DNA of 64,000 nucleotides, taken from contig JAMWBK010000008.1 of assembly GCA_029953675.1 (NCBI GenBank), forward strand, positions 1,116,001-1,180,000, in the 5' to 3' direction. Of the stretch, positions 34,034-47,146 are shown in pieces. How positions within the stretch are numbered: the stretch's first letter is position 1; each line of letters begins with the position of its first letter. The notes below the pieces were generated by a model. It was not told the origin of the DNA, did no database searches, and worked only from the letters and a program-made list of their open reading frames with translations. A program made the translations under genes and the position numbers. Source of the DNA: Rhodosorus marinus CCMP1338 (taxonomy: Eukaryota > Plantae > Rhodophyta).

Positions 34034-37000
34034 TCAGCCGGAATCTCCATCGCTACCCCCTACGTTTGGTGCATCTCTGCCTCCCAGTTTTATCTTAACA
34101 CGAATTCCTGCATCACCCTGTCCTGAATCTGCGTCCTTCTCCCGTTTCCTCTTCTTCTTTTTCTTCTTCTTCTTTTTCTTCTTCTTCACTGAGTCATCAC
34201 TATCCCCGTCACCAGCGTCCAGCGGAATGTCCGTGTCAAACAGCGATGCAGGTGCCATTGCTGAACTTTCCTTGTACTTGTTCCAGGCCTCTTGCAGGTG
34301 CTCGAGTTCTTGACTGTCAAACGCTTCTGTAAAGGGAACCTGTATCGTGAGATCACTAGTTTAGATCTAAATCACATTTGGAGCGAGCACGTGGATCTGA
34401 GATATCAAGTCTTTCGTCCAACATACCCTTACGCTTACGTCACCAAGCATCTCCTGTTTCTTGGCCTTATTTTGCGCTGTCGACCTAGCTCTTTTGGCGG
34501 ACCTCGGCCTTTTCTCTCCTTTCTGAACGCCCTTTTCAGGATTGGCCTCCTCGAGAATGGGGAATATTTCGAGTTCTTCGTTTGCTTTGTTAGCCACAGG
34601 CGGTGGAGATCTCCTAGAAGATTTCTGGATCCACGAAAGCAAGGAATGTAAGGAGTGCAAAGTAACGGAGGCTCCCTCGTCTGCATTGGCAGTAACACCA
34701 TGATGCATCCGCAAACAATGTATTTGAGCAAAGATGGCTTACCGTGGTCTTTACCGGCGGTGCTTTTATGGGGGTCTCCTTCGCAGGGGGAACCTGTTAT
34801 GTATAAGGCGCAAGATTTTCTCGTCAAATTCACACGCTGAGGGAGACAGGGTGGGAGGCCTTGTGTGGTGTTTGCGACAAACCTTCGCTGTTTTTTTCAC
34901 GGTAGCTTGTCCATGGCTGCTGTCACTGTCACCTTCAGCTCCGTCTTCCAGTTCCTCCTTGAAATCGATTGCCACGCCAACGGGTTTTCGAAGAGTCTCG
35001 CCAAGTTGATGTTCCACCTTTCTCTCCACTCCTGCCCGAACTCGCTCACGCTCTTGGATATACTCTGCTGGGGACAGGAGCGCTAGAGGCACACCGCGTC
35101 CGTACAAGAAAGTCAAAATCAAGCATGACAATCTTCGAAGTCTGGGATCGCGACCCAAGGCAGAGATTTTCATCATTCGACGGCATACTTCCGCCGCTGC
35201 CTTAGTGTTTGCACGAAGCGCAAGTCTGACCTGAGCGTCTATATGCGAGGAACAGAGACACCAGAGACGCGCGGTAAGTATACGCGGGAGATCTAAAATC
35301 TCATCGAAACTGCGACCTACCGTTCTGACACGCACGCAAGATCTCCCGTAAAGCCGCTCTTCGCAGCCGCGAACTGCTTGCAGGATTCGTGGGCTTGGAG
35401 CCCTCTACCAGACCATCCACTAAGCTCAGTACCATTTTGAGGATGCTTAGCGAGCCGCTTTCAAGGCGCATTAACGCCCTCAACGAGCCCTTCCTCGCTT
35501 CATAGAAAGGCCTATGCCACCATGAGACCACAACGCACAAACGAAAGCTTCAGGTCAACTCCCTTTCATCAAGGACACCACAACAACAGGCAAGAAATCG
35601 AAGGTACAGCGTCGTACGTGTTTGAAGCAACTCCAGATATCACTTCTAGCAGAGTATCAACTACTTCATTTCTGAAACTGGCATTGCCCTCCGTCGAGAG
35701 CTTCCGCTTGGCGACTGCGAGTTCTGCGAGTGCGTTCGTTGCGGCTCCAAGAATTATTCCATTCTGCGCGGGGACAAGCTCACTTACTGCCAAGTAGCGC
35801 AGGATTTCTTGATAGCAACGGTCAACTGTGTCGTTTGATTCCATACGAAGGCTAAAACAAGGAGTAAACAGCAGAGCTATTTTCAGCAAAACTTTTGTGC
35901 AGAGCCCTTGATCAAGCACGGTTCTTTGCAGCTTCTTCGCCTCGCACCACATGCGCGCCGTGCATGTCAGCATGTCTGCGACAAAGTAGTCATCATCGTA
36001 AACGTTTCCAGCGTTGTCACTACTGTTCAGAACGGAAAGCAAAAATTCTCCTGCTATCTCCATTGCCTCTTTCCCCGTCACCCTCGCGACTCCTTCCACA
36101 ATATCTCGTTGCAAGAAATAGTCTGTTATCTGGGCAAAATTGTTCTGCTTCATAGCCCCGCTCTCATACATAAACCTTGCGTTCCGCAAAATGTTAGGGG
36201 TGCATAAGTGCCAAGTCCGGGATTCATGAGGATTCAGTAAAAGCTCTCGGGGCACTTCAACAACAATTACGTATGATTGGGTTGAAACTTACCGCTTCCT
36301 GAAGAAGCTCAGCACCTTGTCCAAACCAGCAGTTTGATCGCCCTCCACATAGGACGTGGCCAGGGCCGCAGCGGCCATAGTTCGAACTCTATAGTACAGT
36401 TTCCCGTTCGACAGAGTGTCAGTAAGCGCGTTGATGAAGATGTCCTCCGCTGAATTCGCGAGACCCTGACATGCTTCGTACTGGGTAGATGAAGACAAAA
36501 AGTAGATAGGAAACATTTGCGCAGACGTGCATGCCAGGCTGCTTCAGTGATGAATTCCCAGGGATGCATTGATCGGATACACCGTTCACCTGCCCAACTA
36601 CGTCTCTCTCCATTTTAAGGGCCTGCATCCATGCATAATGTGGCTGCCTGAAATCCATCGATTTGGCCCATTCAAAATCCGGATCTACGCGTACCCACAG
36701 CACCGGACAACTGCCGAGAGGATCTTCCTTGAACTCCTTCTCTGCTTGGGCCGCGCTTTTGTGTTTCGAACGGCGTGAGTGGCAGGGCAGCTCAAGTACG
36801 TGCATCTACCGGAGTCGGCACGTTGCCCGACAACAGCGCAGATCTCCTGTGTGAGTGATCCGCTTTCAAGGGGTTGCGCCCCGGCTCGAAACACAAATGT
36901 TGTGTAACTCACCTCGTCTCGTATATCCACCAAATGATCGTGTTGCACGCCTTCTATTTCAAATATCCGAATTGTAAGCTGCCCAGTGAAGGGGTGTACA

Positions 37001-39312
37001 CCATCCACCATGCCGCTCCTCCGTACCCCACCCTGACTGAGATCCTGTTTCACAACAAGCTCTACTTGGTGCTTCCTAGGGTCGTATTTATAACCGCATT
37101 GAAACCGCGGGACAGCGTGAGAGTTTGCCCAGTCCCTCACCAAGGGTCTAACGTCTGTTCCGCTGTTGGCACGCAGTCGCTTAAGGAAAGTAGCGACGTC
37201 CAAAAGGCCATATCCTTCATCAGATTTTGGGGGAGGGATCCTGCATAGGGTAATAATTTCATATAGTAGGGTTTCATCAGCAAAACGTTGAAACCGCCGC
37301 GCCACCAGCGCACCTTCAAGAAGCGTTCACCCCATTCTGGTCTGCAGAGTAATCGCTTCAGCGACTATATCCCGCAGGACCCTCTGCATGGCGTCCATCC
37401 CCCCTCGTTTTTCGACCATGTACACAAGAAGGTGTGCTCGGTGCCTGGCGCTGGTGTTCGCCAAGTCTGATTGGGAGGCTTCTGCTAGAGATATCGTTCC
37501 TTTCAAAGAGTCCGAGGTGGTAGAAGACATCCTCGTTGTCAGTGGTCTCCGAGTAAAAAGGACGGAAGACGAGTTTTCAGGAGAACTCACCGCCCAGTTT
37601 CTCGCACATGGACTTTGTAATATCCACGACGTGCAGCTTGTACCAATTGTTCCCAAGCGTATCCTTCAAGCAAAGTGCCGTCAAATACTCCGAAATTCCC
37701 GTTACCAACCACGCGTTTTGTGGTCCCCTGGGCCGTACGCAGACGCCGAAATAGGTCGATGCTACGACTGAGCAAATCGCCCTCCTAATTGGGACGCAGA
37801 CTGAAGAGTCAATCACCCATCGGCCGGTTTTGCCTCTCTAAACTTTGCACGCCGTAAGTTTTTTTCTACACACCTTGCAACATAGTGCTGATCTATACTT
37901 CGCTCAGAATGCAGAGTATCGGCGGCAAAGATTCCTAATCCTCCAAAGGTGCACTGAGGAGTTTTTGTGCCTTGACCGTAGCCAAGGAAAACTTGCTTGA
38001 AAGAGCCAACGGGAAGAGGTTTCCCAAGGAAGGAATAGAAAAACTTCCTGGCTCGGTCAAGAATGTCCGGACCCGTGTACACCAACTCCTTGGCTCGGCC
38101 TGGAAGGCAGAAGTGAGTTACCTTCGGAAGGAACGCAGGGCGAAGACGAGACCTCTGTTTATCAATTTTGCTGGCTTTCAAGGGCAGAGACTTGTTGCCA
38201 GAAAGAACGCTCCTGCGGGCATACCGTTGACGGGGTTCTCGGATCAGCCAGCACTTTGAACATCCCAGCGACGACTCCAATCTCACTCGCCTGCACTGGG
38301 TAGACAAGGTCATAGAAAAACATGTGTTTTCCTTCCTCCGTCAGCTGCTTATCCACTAAGTCTCCGGAGCAAATGGCCATCACTTCCTTCTCCACGGTGA
38401 TCGCAATCCTGTAAGGACATCTGATGATGAGAATATCAACAAAATCGATTAACGTTTTGCCGACGATGGTTCGCTAACCACAGCTTTCAGGAAGCCACTA
38501 CCAGGTCATGAGGCTTACCGATCCCAAGAGTTCATTGTGTCAAAGCAAGGGAGCCAGTCTTGAGCAAAACCGAAACGTCCATCGGCGTACATATAGGGCA
38601 TCTGCTCAGCGTTTTCTTGAGCTGGGAATATAGCACCAGTTGAAGCGTGCGCTTGTGTACTGTACTCCACCCTGATAGTTATCTCAACCTCTTCGGGTGG
38701 AGGCTGATTTTTCCCTCCGAACTGCTTTTGAAGATCTGATCTTATCTCGAAAGGTATCGTAATACAGAGGTTTGGTCCGTGTGCTTCTTCGTTCAACTGT
38801 TGAGCCTGCATGTTGAAGTCTTCCAGCCGGATCTGTCCGAAGACGCAAGTGGGGAGCGTGCTCTGGTGGTCAGAGTACGGTTCTTTCGCCAAGTATAGAA
38901 TGAGAATTCTATTATGCTTGGCGCACCTTGTCGTGCTTAATTAATTCCTCCACGCTTTTCTGTTTCGGCTTAACGGATAGTACTTCACTGACGGAGACGA
39001 AATTGTTGACCTGACAGGTGATTACTTTGCATTGTCCGGAATGCAACCGAATTTCCTTCAGGTCCCGCCTCAAGGGTCTAATAATGTACTCAACGGCTCC
39101 ATGGAGCTGACTCCTTTCGAAGTCAATCTCTATCCCGACGAATGCGCGTTCGACCTGCCAACCTCTCTCAACCTTTTTGCGTTAGATAATAGAGAAGGAA
39201 GCCCACGAGTCAAAAAATTGCGACGACGCATTCTACTCACGCGGAAAGCAGAGCGACATACCACCGCAGGCGGAGGTGGACGAGGTTCCTCCCTCACGAA
39301 AGGCACGGTCAT
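34034..39312 (-). CDS. TAF2: TFIID subunit TAF2 (inactive M1-aminopeptidase fold), many exons, Lys-rich C-terminal tail
   Basis: GIEIDFERSQLHGAVEYIIRPLRRDLKEIRLHSGQCKV, WLPCFD, ITVEKEVMAICSGDLV, THFCLPG, SFKQVF, NAWLVTGISEYL, LWVRVDPDFEWAK, ERDVVGQ and LYGRGVP. It ends with the poly-Lys tail at about 34145-34190. Confidence 0.92.
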
Positions 39313-39362
39313 CTTGCTTTACTATGGGATGCCATTAATTCGAATGCCTCTTCTGCGAAAGC

Positions 39363-39517
39363 TAGGAGATGATCCTCTCCTAAACCTCAACACTCTCCTT
39401 CCCCATTTTCCGCGGAGCCAACCAAGAGACGTTCACGGTAGGAGATGATCCTCTCCTAAACCTCCACACTCTCCTTGCTCATTTTTCACGGAGCCAACCG
39501 AGAGACCTCAACACTCC
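39363..39517. repeat. Tandem duplication with a 76-bp period; each copy starts with a perfect 7-bp-stem hairpin (TAGGAGA-TGATCC-TCTCCTA)
   Basis: Copies start at 39363 and 39439, and a partial third fragment (CTCAACACTCC) follows. The array lies 50-200 nt upstream of the TAF2 ATG. Confidence 0.9.
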
Positions 39518-40622
39518 TTTCTATCCGTAATCGAAACGAATCAGGATTTTGGAATGCGTAACACTCTTGTTTCATCGCCTTCCTTTAGACCATCATCTGT
39601 AGAACTCACCTGATCCATCGCCCACTCTGTGATGCCTTATTCTGCACACCTATTACACGATCCCTGCCGTTCTTGATCGGGGAGTGGAAACCTCGTTTTC
39701 GAAATCAACCACCACCCTCAGAAGCCAACGCGAATGTCGAAGCTTCCCAATCCCAGGATTTCCCTGCCTCTCGCGACATGCGGCTGGGAATTAGGGTTGC
39801 GCCCTTCCCATTGCTTGATCAGTTAAGCTGCTTCATCAGGGTCACAGGCTCTTGGCGACACTGGACATTGTAGTTGCTTTTGTGTAATTAGAGGTGTGCA
39901 TAGTTCCGCAGCTGGGTTCCTCGTAACTGTGCTCGAAGATTCATGAATATTCGGTCTGCAGCAAATCAGGAAAACTGTTTGCTTGTCGGCCCTACTCAAA
40001 ACCGCGATGCGGAGTCATTGTCGGATCAGCTCTCGCAACTGCTGGCTTTTAGAGTTTGGAATGAAAAGTATGAAATGCCTTACTGCGTTTGCCTAACTCT
40101 GCGAGGATAGTGTACGATGCTATGTAGCCAATCAACCAATCTAGCTATATGGGCCAGCAAACTCGAGTTTGGGTTCGGTTGAATTCTGTGCTTCAAGTTG
40201 AGACTGGCACTCCAGGAAAAACGCGTTTCTGACGCATCTCGATTCTACCTCGTTCATGAGAATACATGGGCGTTGAGCGAAAAGCCAATGCACTTGATTG
40301 AATCGCATTGTTGCGGGAGACTGGGGATGACAGTCGTCGTCGAAGTTTATCATACGCGGCTATCTTCTAGAAATGCTTTTAGTTAAACAACGCCACAGAT
40401 GATGTACTTCATCTTCCGCGCTGCTTGACCATTGCCAACTCATGGCTCAGCAATATTGCGGGCGCACATCGTAGATCAGAAGCTCGTACCGCTTTACATC
40501 TTTCCCACCTAGTGACCACTCATGTGGGCGGATAAAAACTCCCGCACCACCGCTAGGAGGGCTCCAGGACCTTGCCGTCTCACGAGCCTTGCTTGTTCAG
40601 GGACCTGTCAAGCTTCGAAGGC

Positions 40623-40960
40623 TTATCGCCAGACAAGGTTGAAATCCGTCTGCGCATGTTTGTCAATGTCCGTCTGAATGGCTTCAATGTGTTGCTTCTT
40701 CGATTCTATTGAAGTCTTTGTTTCCTCAATGTTGATATCAAGAAGTTCCATGTAGTGCTGGCAGACAGTTTTCATTTTGTCGGAGCTAGTACCTTGTTCG
40801 CCAGTGGAGAGACTTTCTAGCAAGGCCCCAGTCTGTTGCAAAACGTGAGACGTCTCAGTTGCAGTGCAAGCTCGTGCGACAGGCGCTCTCAACTTACCTC
40901 TGCAAATTCCGCTTCAAACTGCGAAACTTTAATCTCACAACTTGATTTATCTGCCTCTAC
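40623..40960 (-). CDS. Coiled-coil exon(s) resembling Mediator subunit MED11
   Basis: QFEAEFAE|...VLQQTGALLESLSTGEQGTSSDKMKTVCQHYMELLD resembles the Med11 helix pattern (ExEIxxILQxAGxxLxELS ... HCxxFM). Donor GTAAGT at 40897. Confidence 0.45.
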
Positions 40961-41834
40961 TTGAATCTTCTGCTTTATTAAGCGATCGGAAATCACCTTA
41001 TTTCTCGAGTTCTGCAGTTTCAAACCGGCAACCGCTCCCGGGCGTATTGGAACCCACTCATTGGACGGTGCAACGTCACTAGCGAAGTTCCGGTGGGACC
41101 AGGAAAAGGCAACTATTCCTGCCATTAACAAAGCCAGTCCCACTAGAGCGGCTCCAAGGTCTCCGTATTTGAAAACTACCATGCAGTCGTAAACGAGAAT
41201 AGTAACGGTGGGAACAAGGCCACCCGCCATTATCATACATGCTTGCCGGCTCGTTTTCATTGTCGCAGCGAGACCAAAACATAGAATCGTGCAAGCATAA
41301 CTTATCCCCTGCACGGTTGTATCCAACACCTCAACACCGTAACCGATGGCGATTACGCTTGCAGCAACAATTGACGGCATTGAGCTAAGAACACCCCCTG
41401 AGTCCATCGTGCTCGTTTGAACGTGGGCTTCACAAAATTTCCTAGATTCATTCACGTACCCAGCTTCTCATCAGCATCAGTCCAGCCTATCGAACAGGCC
41501 CTCCCAGGCCGACCAGAGCGCCTGTTCCCCGTTCTACGGCGCAAGAAACAGCACAGGGTAGCAACTCGTCCCTCACCAAAAGCCAACAACACACTGCCTT
41601 GAGTCAGTTCGGGTACCAGAGCTGATTCACAGAATTCCAATCCGTACTAATCCTACAAACAAGCTCAAACCCAATTATACACAAAACTGCACTTCCTAGC
41701 CAAGCCAGAAACTCCCAGGAAGACCCGGACCTCCCAAACCCCCCTTTTTTCCAATTACACTCCAAACCATCCATCTTTCCACATTTAGGTACACATACTT
41801 TACGAAGGAATTTTCTGTTCGTTGTCGCACACAA
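40961..41834 (-). CDS. Multi-pass membrane protein, multi-exon; its frame runs directly into the MED11-like exon
   Basis: Hydrophobic segments KLG|GVLSSMPSIVAASVIAIG, ISYACTILCFGLAA, IMAGGLVPTVTILVYDCMVVF and LGAALVGLALLMAGIVAFSW. The 5' exons are unresolved. Confidence 0.5.
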
Positions 41835-42403
41835 TTAGTAATTACTAGTATTTCTAGAAGCCTGCACACTTTCAGACCCTTTGACTATGACACAACAACA
41901 ACCAAGGCACAATATTAGTAATAATAATCATAGAAACCTGGACTTTTCCGACCCCCCCCCGACTAAGACATCAAATTCATCACCTATCTAAAAGTTTCCA
42001 AATTTAAGTATCCATCTTTGTACGATGTATTTTCCAGCACTTTTTTCTAGCAACAATTTCGTGAAGTGTTGGGGGGGGGGGGGGGGATGGGCCACTGGAA
42101 GGAAAGGATTCTCTTCGCATTGAAGCGTACAATTGGCAATGGAAAAGCTCTTCCAGCTTAGTCTCGAAGAAACTGTGTTGAAAGCAACTTGTAGTGTTAT
42201 ATGAATTAACGTGGTGCACTTTGAAGGAAAATTTGGTGGCGTTTATTGGGCTGGCGTAGCTGTGTCTGTACAGTGTTGGTGGGACGTGGACTGCGTGGGG
42301 GAGGGCAGCAGGGCCTTTCTGGTAAGGTTGGTTTCATGTGGTTCGTAGAGTTCTTGTGATAGTGTGGAATCCGTTGGAGTTTTGTATTTTGCTTCTTGTG
42401 CGG

Positions 42404-43650
42404 ATGGGGAACTCTGGATCACATGCAAATGACGAGCAGGCTTCCGTTGAGGAGGGAGCCCGGGAGGCAGGAAGGCCAAGCAACAATGTGACTCATTCCG
42501 GTAGAACGCTTGGACCACGACCGAGCAGCGCTGCCCAAGTCCCTCAGCCTACGTATCATGTCGGCTCTGTTTATCCGAGCGCGAGGGTACGGAGTCACAT
42601 GGAGGCATGGATCTTTTGAGTTTCATGTAATGACTTGGCATGCTTACTGTCTTGTTGTGCTGCATCAGGTTCCCGTCACTCGGTCAATAAGCGAATCCGT
42701 CAAAGTCAAGAACAAATTTCTTCTCGTAAAGGACAGCTGGAAGTTCGTGCGGGACGAATCGGATCCCAGTCTGCTGTTGTTGACGTTTGATTTCCACTCG
42801 TACGTTCCTGGCACACTAAGTATGTATTTCCTGGCCACGGATAGCAATGCGAGAGGAGAGCGAAGGAAGGTATCCGTTTCGTTTACGGAGGCGCTACCTA
42901 AGAGGCAATCCCAGCACAAGTTTGCAGCAGGACAGCGCCAAAGTTTTACGCAGAAAGCACCTGACGGTTAGTTTCTGGAGGAGCTCTCATCATCGCTGTA
43001 AACGTCCGGGGTCCTCTTTTTCAACTTGGGCTTTTCACATCTACAGGGTTGCCGGAGAAATTTCTAAGCCCGGAGAACATGGTACATGACGACAGCAAGT
43101 CCTACTATCCGGTAGTTCTCGTCATGGAGGTGGACATCAACAAAATCTCCTCTCCTCACCAAGAGGTTTCATGCTATGTAACGTTTGGGTACATCGCCAG
43201 AAGTGGTGACTCGTACGAAGTGAGAGCTGTCAAGAAAACTATTATTGTAAACGAACAACAAGTAGAAATGTTCGAGATATATGGTGAGGACTCCTCCAAC
43301 GTTGGCCTTCTTTTGGACTACAATATCTTGCCGCCCAAGAGGACTTGATTAGTAACAACGAAGGGTCGCGTCTTCTCTGCATAGGACTCGACCATAGAAA
43401 AGGCAATCCGGCATCGAATGAATCAGAGTGTGTAATCTGCCTCAGCGAGGAGCGCGAAATTGCCATACTCCCCTGTCGCCACCTCTGCTTATGCGGGAAT
43501 TGCGCCCAAAGTTTCTTCCAGAGACAGAGCGACCGGTGCCCAGTATGTCGTGTTCGGGTAGAAAACATGCTAAGGATTTCGCTCGGAAATGACTCGGACG
43601 TGCCCGCACAGCCTACAGACTACGGAGGTGGCCAGCGTGTGGCGACCTAG
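42404..43650 (+). CDS. RING-HC E3 ubiquitin ligase of the LOG2/LUL/MGRN1 family, multi-exon
   Basis: N-myristoylation start MGNSGS, a DAR2-like middle region (LLTFDF...YYPVVLVME...VKKTIIVN...EMFEIYG) and the RING CVICLSEEREIAILPCRHLCLCGNCAQ...CPVCR. Confidence 0.92.
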
Positions 43651-43846
43651 CAAGTCAACAGTTAGTATTGCGCCACGCAAGCAAAAAAACGATCGCAAGC
43701 TACTTGACCGGACTTGTCGCTTGAAATCTAGTGTACGTTGATAAAACAGATATTTTATTAACAATCGAAGCAGTGTTGAGGCAATATTATTTTTTTTAAT
43801 TACATCTGCCAGGGTATCTTTGATTGAGAGTTATGACAAGGCAATC

Positions 43847-45722
43847 TCAGTACGTAGATTCTTGAAAGTCTTCCATCCTCTGTGCAAAAGCATCCATGTC
43901 GGTACCTTGCGGAAGCGAGTTCAACGGCGGGAGGTTATCCTCTACGTCCAGGTCCAGGAAGTTGGGTAAAGCATCTCCCACCTCGTCGGGCTTTACGGTA
44001 CCATCCCAGTCTGCGGGACCTGAGTCTTTGCGAACAAGAAACGCAGGAGTTTTAGCCTTCATTCTCTTGGTGGAAGCGTACAGGCAAAGTCTTTGTACTA
44101 CATACCATCGAACAGCACTGTTTCAAAACCGTTCTCCGTCGGTTGATGGACGAGCTGCCCCATTGACGGACTTTGCACGTCTGTAAACTCTTCGACCTCG
44201 TCCATTGAGCCCCGCATAGAGGGCATTCTCACAGGTGCGATTCGCTTCGCTGACTTCGGCGTCTCGTAAGAATTTACTCTTCTTCGTTTGCTGCCTGGCA
44301 TACTGACGTTGCTCAGCTGACGTTCCGAAGAACCTTCCGAGGTCTTCGTCACCGAATCTCCAGTAGATAGTTCTTGAACAAGCGCTGGTGGAAAGTTGCT
44401 AGGCGTCTGCTGAACGCCAAGGATTAATGGGGTATTGCCTGAAGGGAGAAATTTCCACGAAAGGGGAGGGAAGGATTGGTGAGCAAGAAATTGCGTCCCC
44501 GCCATTTCACATCGGGATTGGCTTGACGCAATTTGAAAACCTCCGTTTCGAACAGATTGGTTTGCGACAAGCATACTCTCGCGTCTTCCAGTTTTTTCTT
44601 CCGGGAGAATAGGGTCAGCCAAGAACGGAGTCGCTCCAGTGGATCCTCCTGATAAGGCGCCAAACATATTTGGCATCTCGTCGTCGGAACCGGATGAGCC
44701 CGGCTGATCATTAACTTGATCGCCCGCGGCAGTTCCACTACCACCACCCTCTTGTAGGTCGTCCGCTGAGGCTGGTGCTGGGAGCCTTCTACGCCTTGAC
44801 TTCCCTGATCGACCTATTCGAGTTAAAGTGTTCAACGATTTCATCAGTCCCTCTGAGAGGTCAGGTGCAAGTGAACCAGCTTTGTTTTCGCTTCCTTACC
44901 ATAGTTCTTCAGAACCGGCTGGAAGTAGTAATAGAGAAACTGCTGCATTTTCTTCATGTTTGCTTCGAGCCGCTCTATCCTCTTTTCGTGTATCTCGCAA
45001 TTGTGTTTCAGCTGGGTTTCCTGCTTGCGGTATATCCCAAGCTGTTTCCTTGTACCCATCAGCTCCTTGAGGAGCGTGTCGCGATCTCGCTGCAATCGAT
45101 CAACTTCTCCAAGAATACCACCGTAGTTGCCCAGCTCGAGTATAAGTTTTTGGTTGTCTGGGTTGTTCTCTCTGCCCGGCAACAACTGCATCATGTTGGC
45201 ATTTGGGGCAGTTTGTAGTTGATTCTTAGGCTTTTTCCGTGTAATGTCCACCAGCAAGTCTGGCCTTCCTCGTTGAAAGCTTTCATGTCCAAATGTCCAG
45301 TTGTCCGGGTCCTGCTTGTGAAACCCGTACTGATTAAGCTGCCTTACGAAAGAGCTGAAATTATTGTGCTTAAAATACTTCGGCAGCACGTCTCGCTCGA
45401 ACTGCGTTGTCTTGTGAACCGTAAAAATTCTTCCATCGGGGCTCCAGCTCACCAACTCATTCGTTCTTGGATCATCGACAAGGTCGTACAGTTTCGTAAG
45501 AAAAGGTGGGGGTCCCTGGTTTCCAATCATAGCATGTCCACGACTAGATTGTTGTGAAGGGCCACCTTCAGTACCAGACGGAGCGTTCCCGCTGAGCCCA
45601 ACGGGCTCCTGCACAACGGTCCCGGACAGAGCATTTTGCTGGCCGTTCTCTTGCGGCATCATGGGATTGGGAAAAGGTCCATGGCCCAGTCCGGGACCGT
45701 TCGGGGGACCCCGATTATTCAT
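43847..45722 (-). CDS. HSF: Heat shock transcription factor, 3 exons
   Basis: DBD PPPFLTKLYDLVDD...LPKYFKHNNFSSFVRQLNQYGFHK, HR-A/B coiled coil, basic NLS RRRRLP and an acidic/aromatic C-terminus. Joined by GTAAGG...CTCAG and GTATGT...CAAAG introns. Confidence 0.93.
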
Positions 45723-46199
45723 TCTCAACTTTGTCCCAAAGTCCAGGTACGCTGCCGACTGCAACAACGAACGAAAGACAAACTGAACGCCTCTCTCTCC
45801 CACACAATCTCGCAACAAACTCCCCTCCGCTCGATCTGAGCACCACACACGAATGGACAACTACCGCCAGAAAACGGGGATCCTCTTCTACAATAAGCAA
45901 GCAACACAATTTGCGGAACCCAAACACCCAAGTCAACAGAACCCGAGCTCCTCCAAACAACTTTTTCAACTCTGAAACCGAGCTCTTCAGATTCCACTCT
46001 GCGCTCCTGCTGCTTCCTCAAGCTCCTCCCCCCGCTTGCATCTTTGTGTTTACTATCTCAAGTCCACATATGTGGATATGAACCAATGCCAGATTACCAG
46101 GAGCAACATTGGGAGTGAATGATATGGGCTCTTCCTGTGAGCCTTTGTATTCAATACAACGGTAGACAGCAAGAGCGTTTTACTTTCACGGCTGAGCTA

Positions 46200-46970
46200 A
46201 CGGTGATATAAGAACGACATGAAAGCACTTTAGGAGCTCCTCTGCTTGTTCTTGCTTTCCGCTTGGAGCGTTGGTCGGCAGGTTAAGACGACCACCGTTG
46301 GTATGGACTCCTCAATCCAGAGAGAGTTACTGGTTCAGCATCAGTTTTTGTTCAAGATTGTAAGCGATGCTGAACGTTATGAGGCTATCTATCTACAGCT
46401 TTTCCTCAGCGCAAGGTTTTCGAGCATTCACCTCGACGAACACAATGCAACAATGTGTGTGATGCTCACCCAGACGCTCCTCAGGTGCATGCTGTTGCTT
46501 TCCTTCTCACGAACAAAAAAGCCTGCTCTAAGACTTAATTAAGAAGGGTTGTCATGAAAGTTAACTATTTTAAAATAGCTCGTACTATTTCACGTTCTTT
46601 GCTCTAGATTTGGTACAGTTTAACTGATTGATTCAATCATTTTATGACGTGACGGAAGAGTGCTTGAGCGCACAACGGTTTTTTAAGTACTGAGGATGGT
46701 TGGGGACGTGCAAGTGCGTCGCCTCGAAGCTCGTAGCAGCTTGAAAATGTTTCGACTTGGAGAAGAAGGCGTACGTGTGGAGAGATTGCTCTCCTTTCAT
46801 AAGTGCGTTGATTTCGTTGAATTCGTTGGTATTTCTGCATTCCTTGGTGGATCTGTGTTAGCGAGAGTCAAGTGCTGATAGAAGAATTCGGAAATTTCGC
46901 TGTTGTCGAGCTGCTCGATTATCCTCGTCTACCTTGCTGTGAGCGGAGGTGTAGGAGGGTTGATATCCAT
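46200..46970 (-). CDS. Possible small multi-exon hypothetical gene divergent from XPB
   Basis: MDINPPTPPLTAR|GTAGAC...CTAACACAG|STKECRNTNEFNEINALMKGEQSLHT|GTACGC splices in phase; later exons are unresolved. Confidence 0.25.
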
Positions 46971-47146
46971 TTAGAGGACAATGAAAGTTTCGGAAGCTTT
47001 CTAAGTGAACGCCTCAGAGCCCTGAGAAACGAAAGGAAGCAGGAGTCGTGGGCCTCGGTTTGCATTCTTCTGGATAGACGCAAAGAAACCTTCGTGCGTA
47101 TCGTACGTTTTGTTGTATAGTTATATTTAAATAGAAAAAGAACGAG

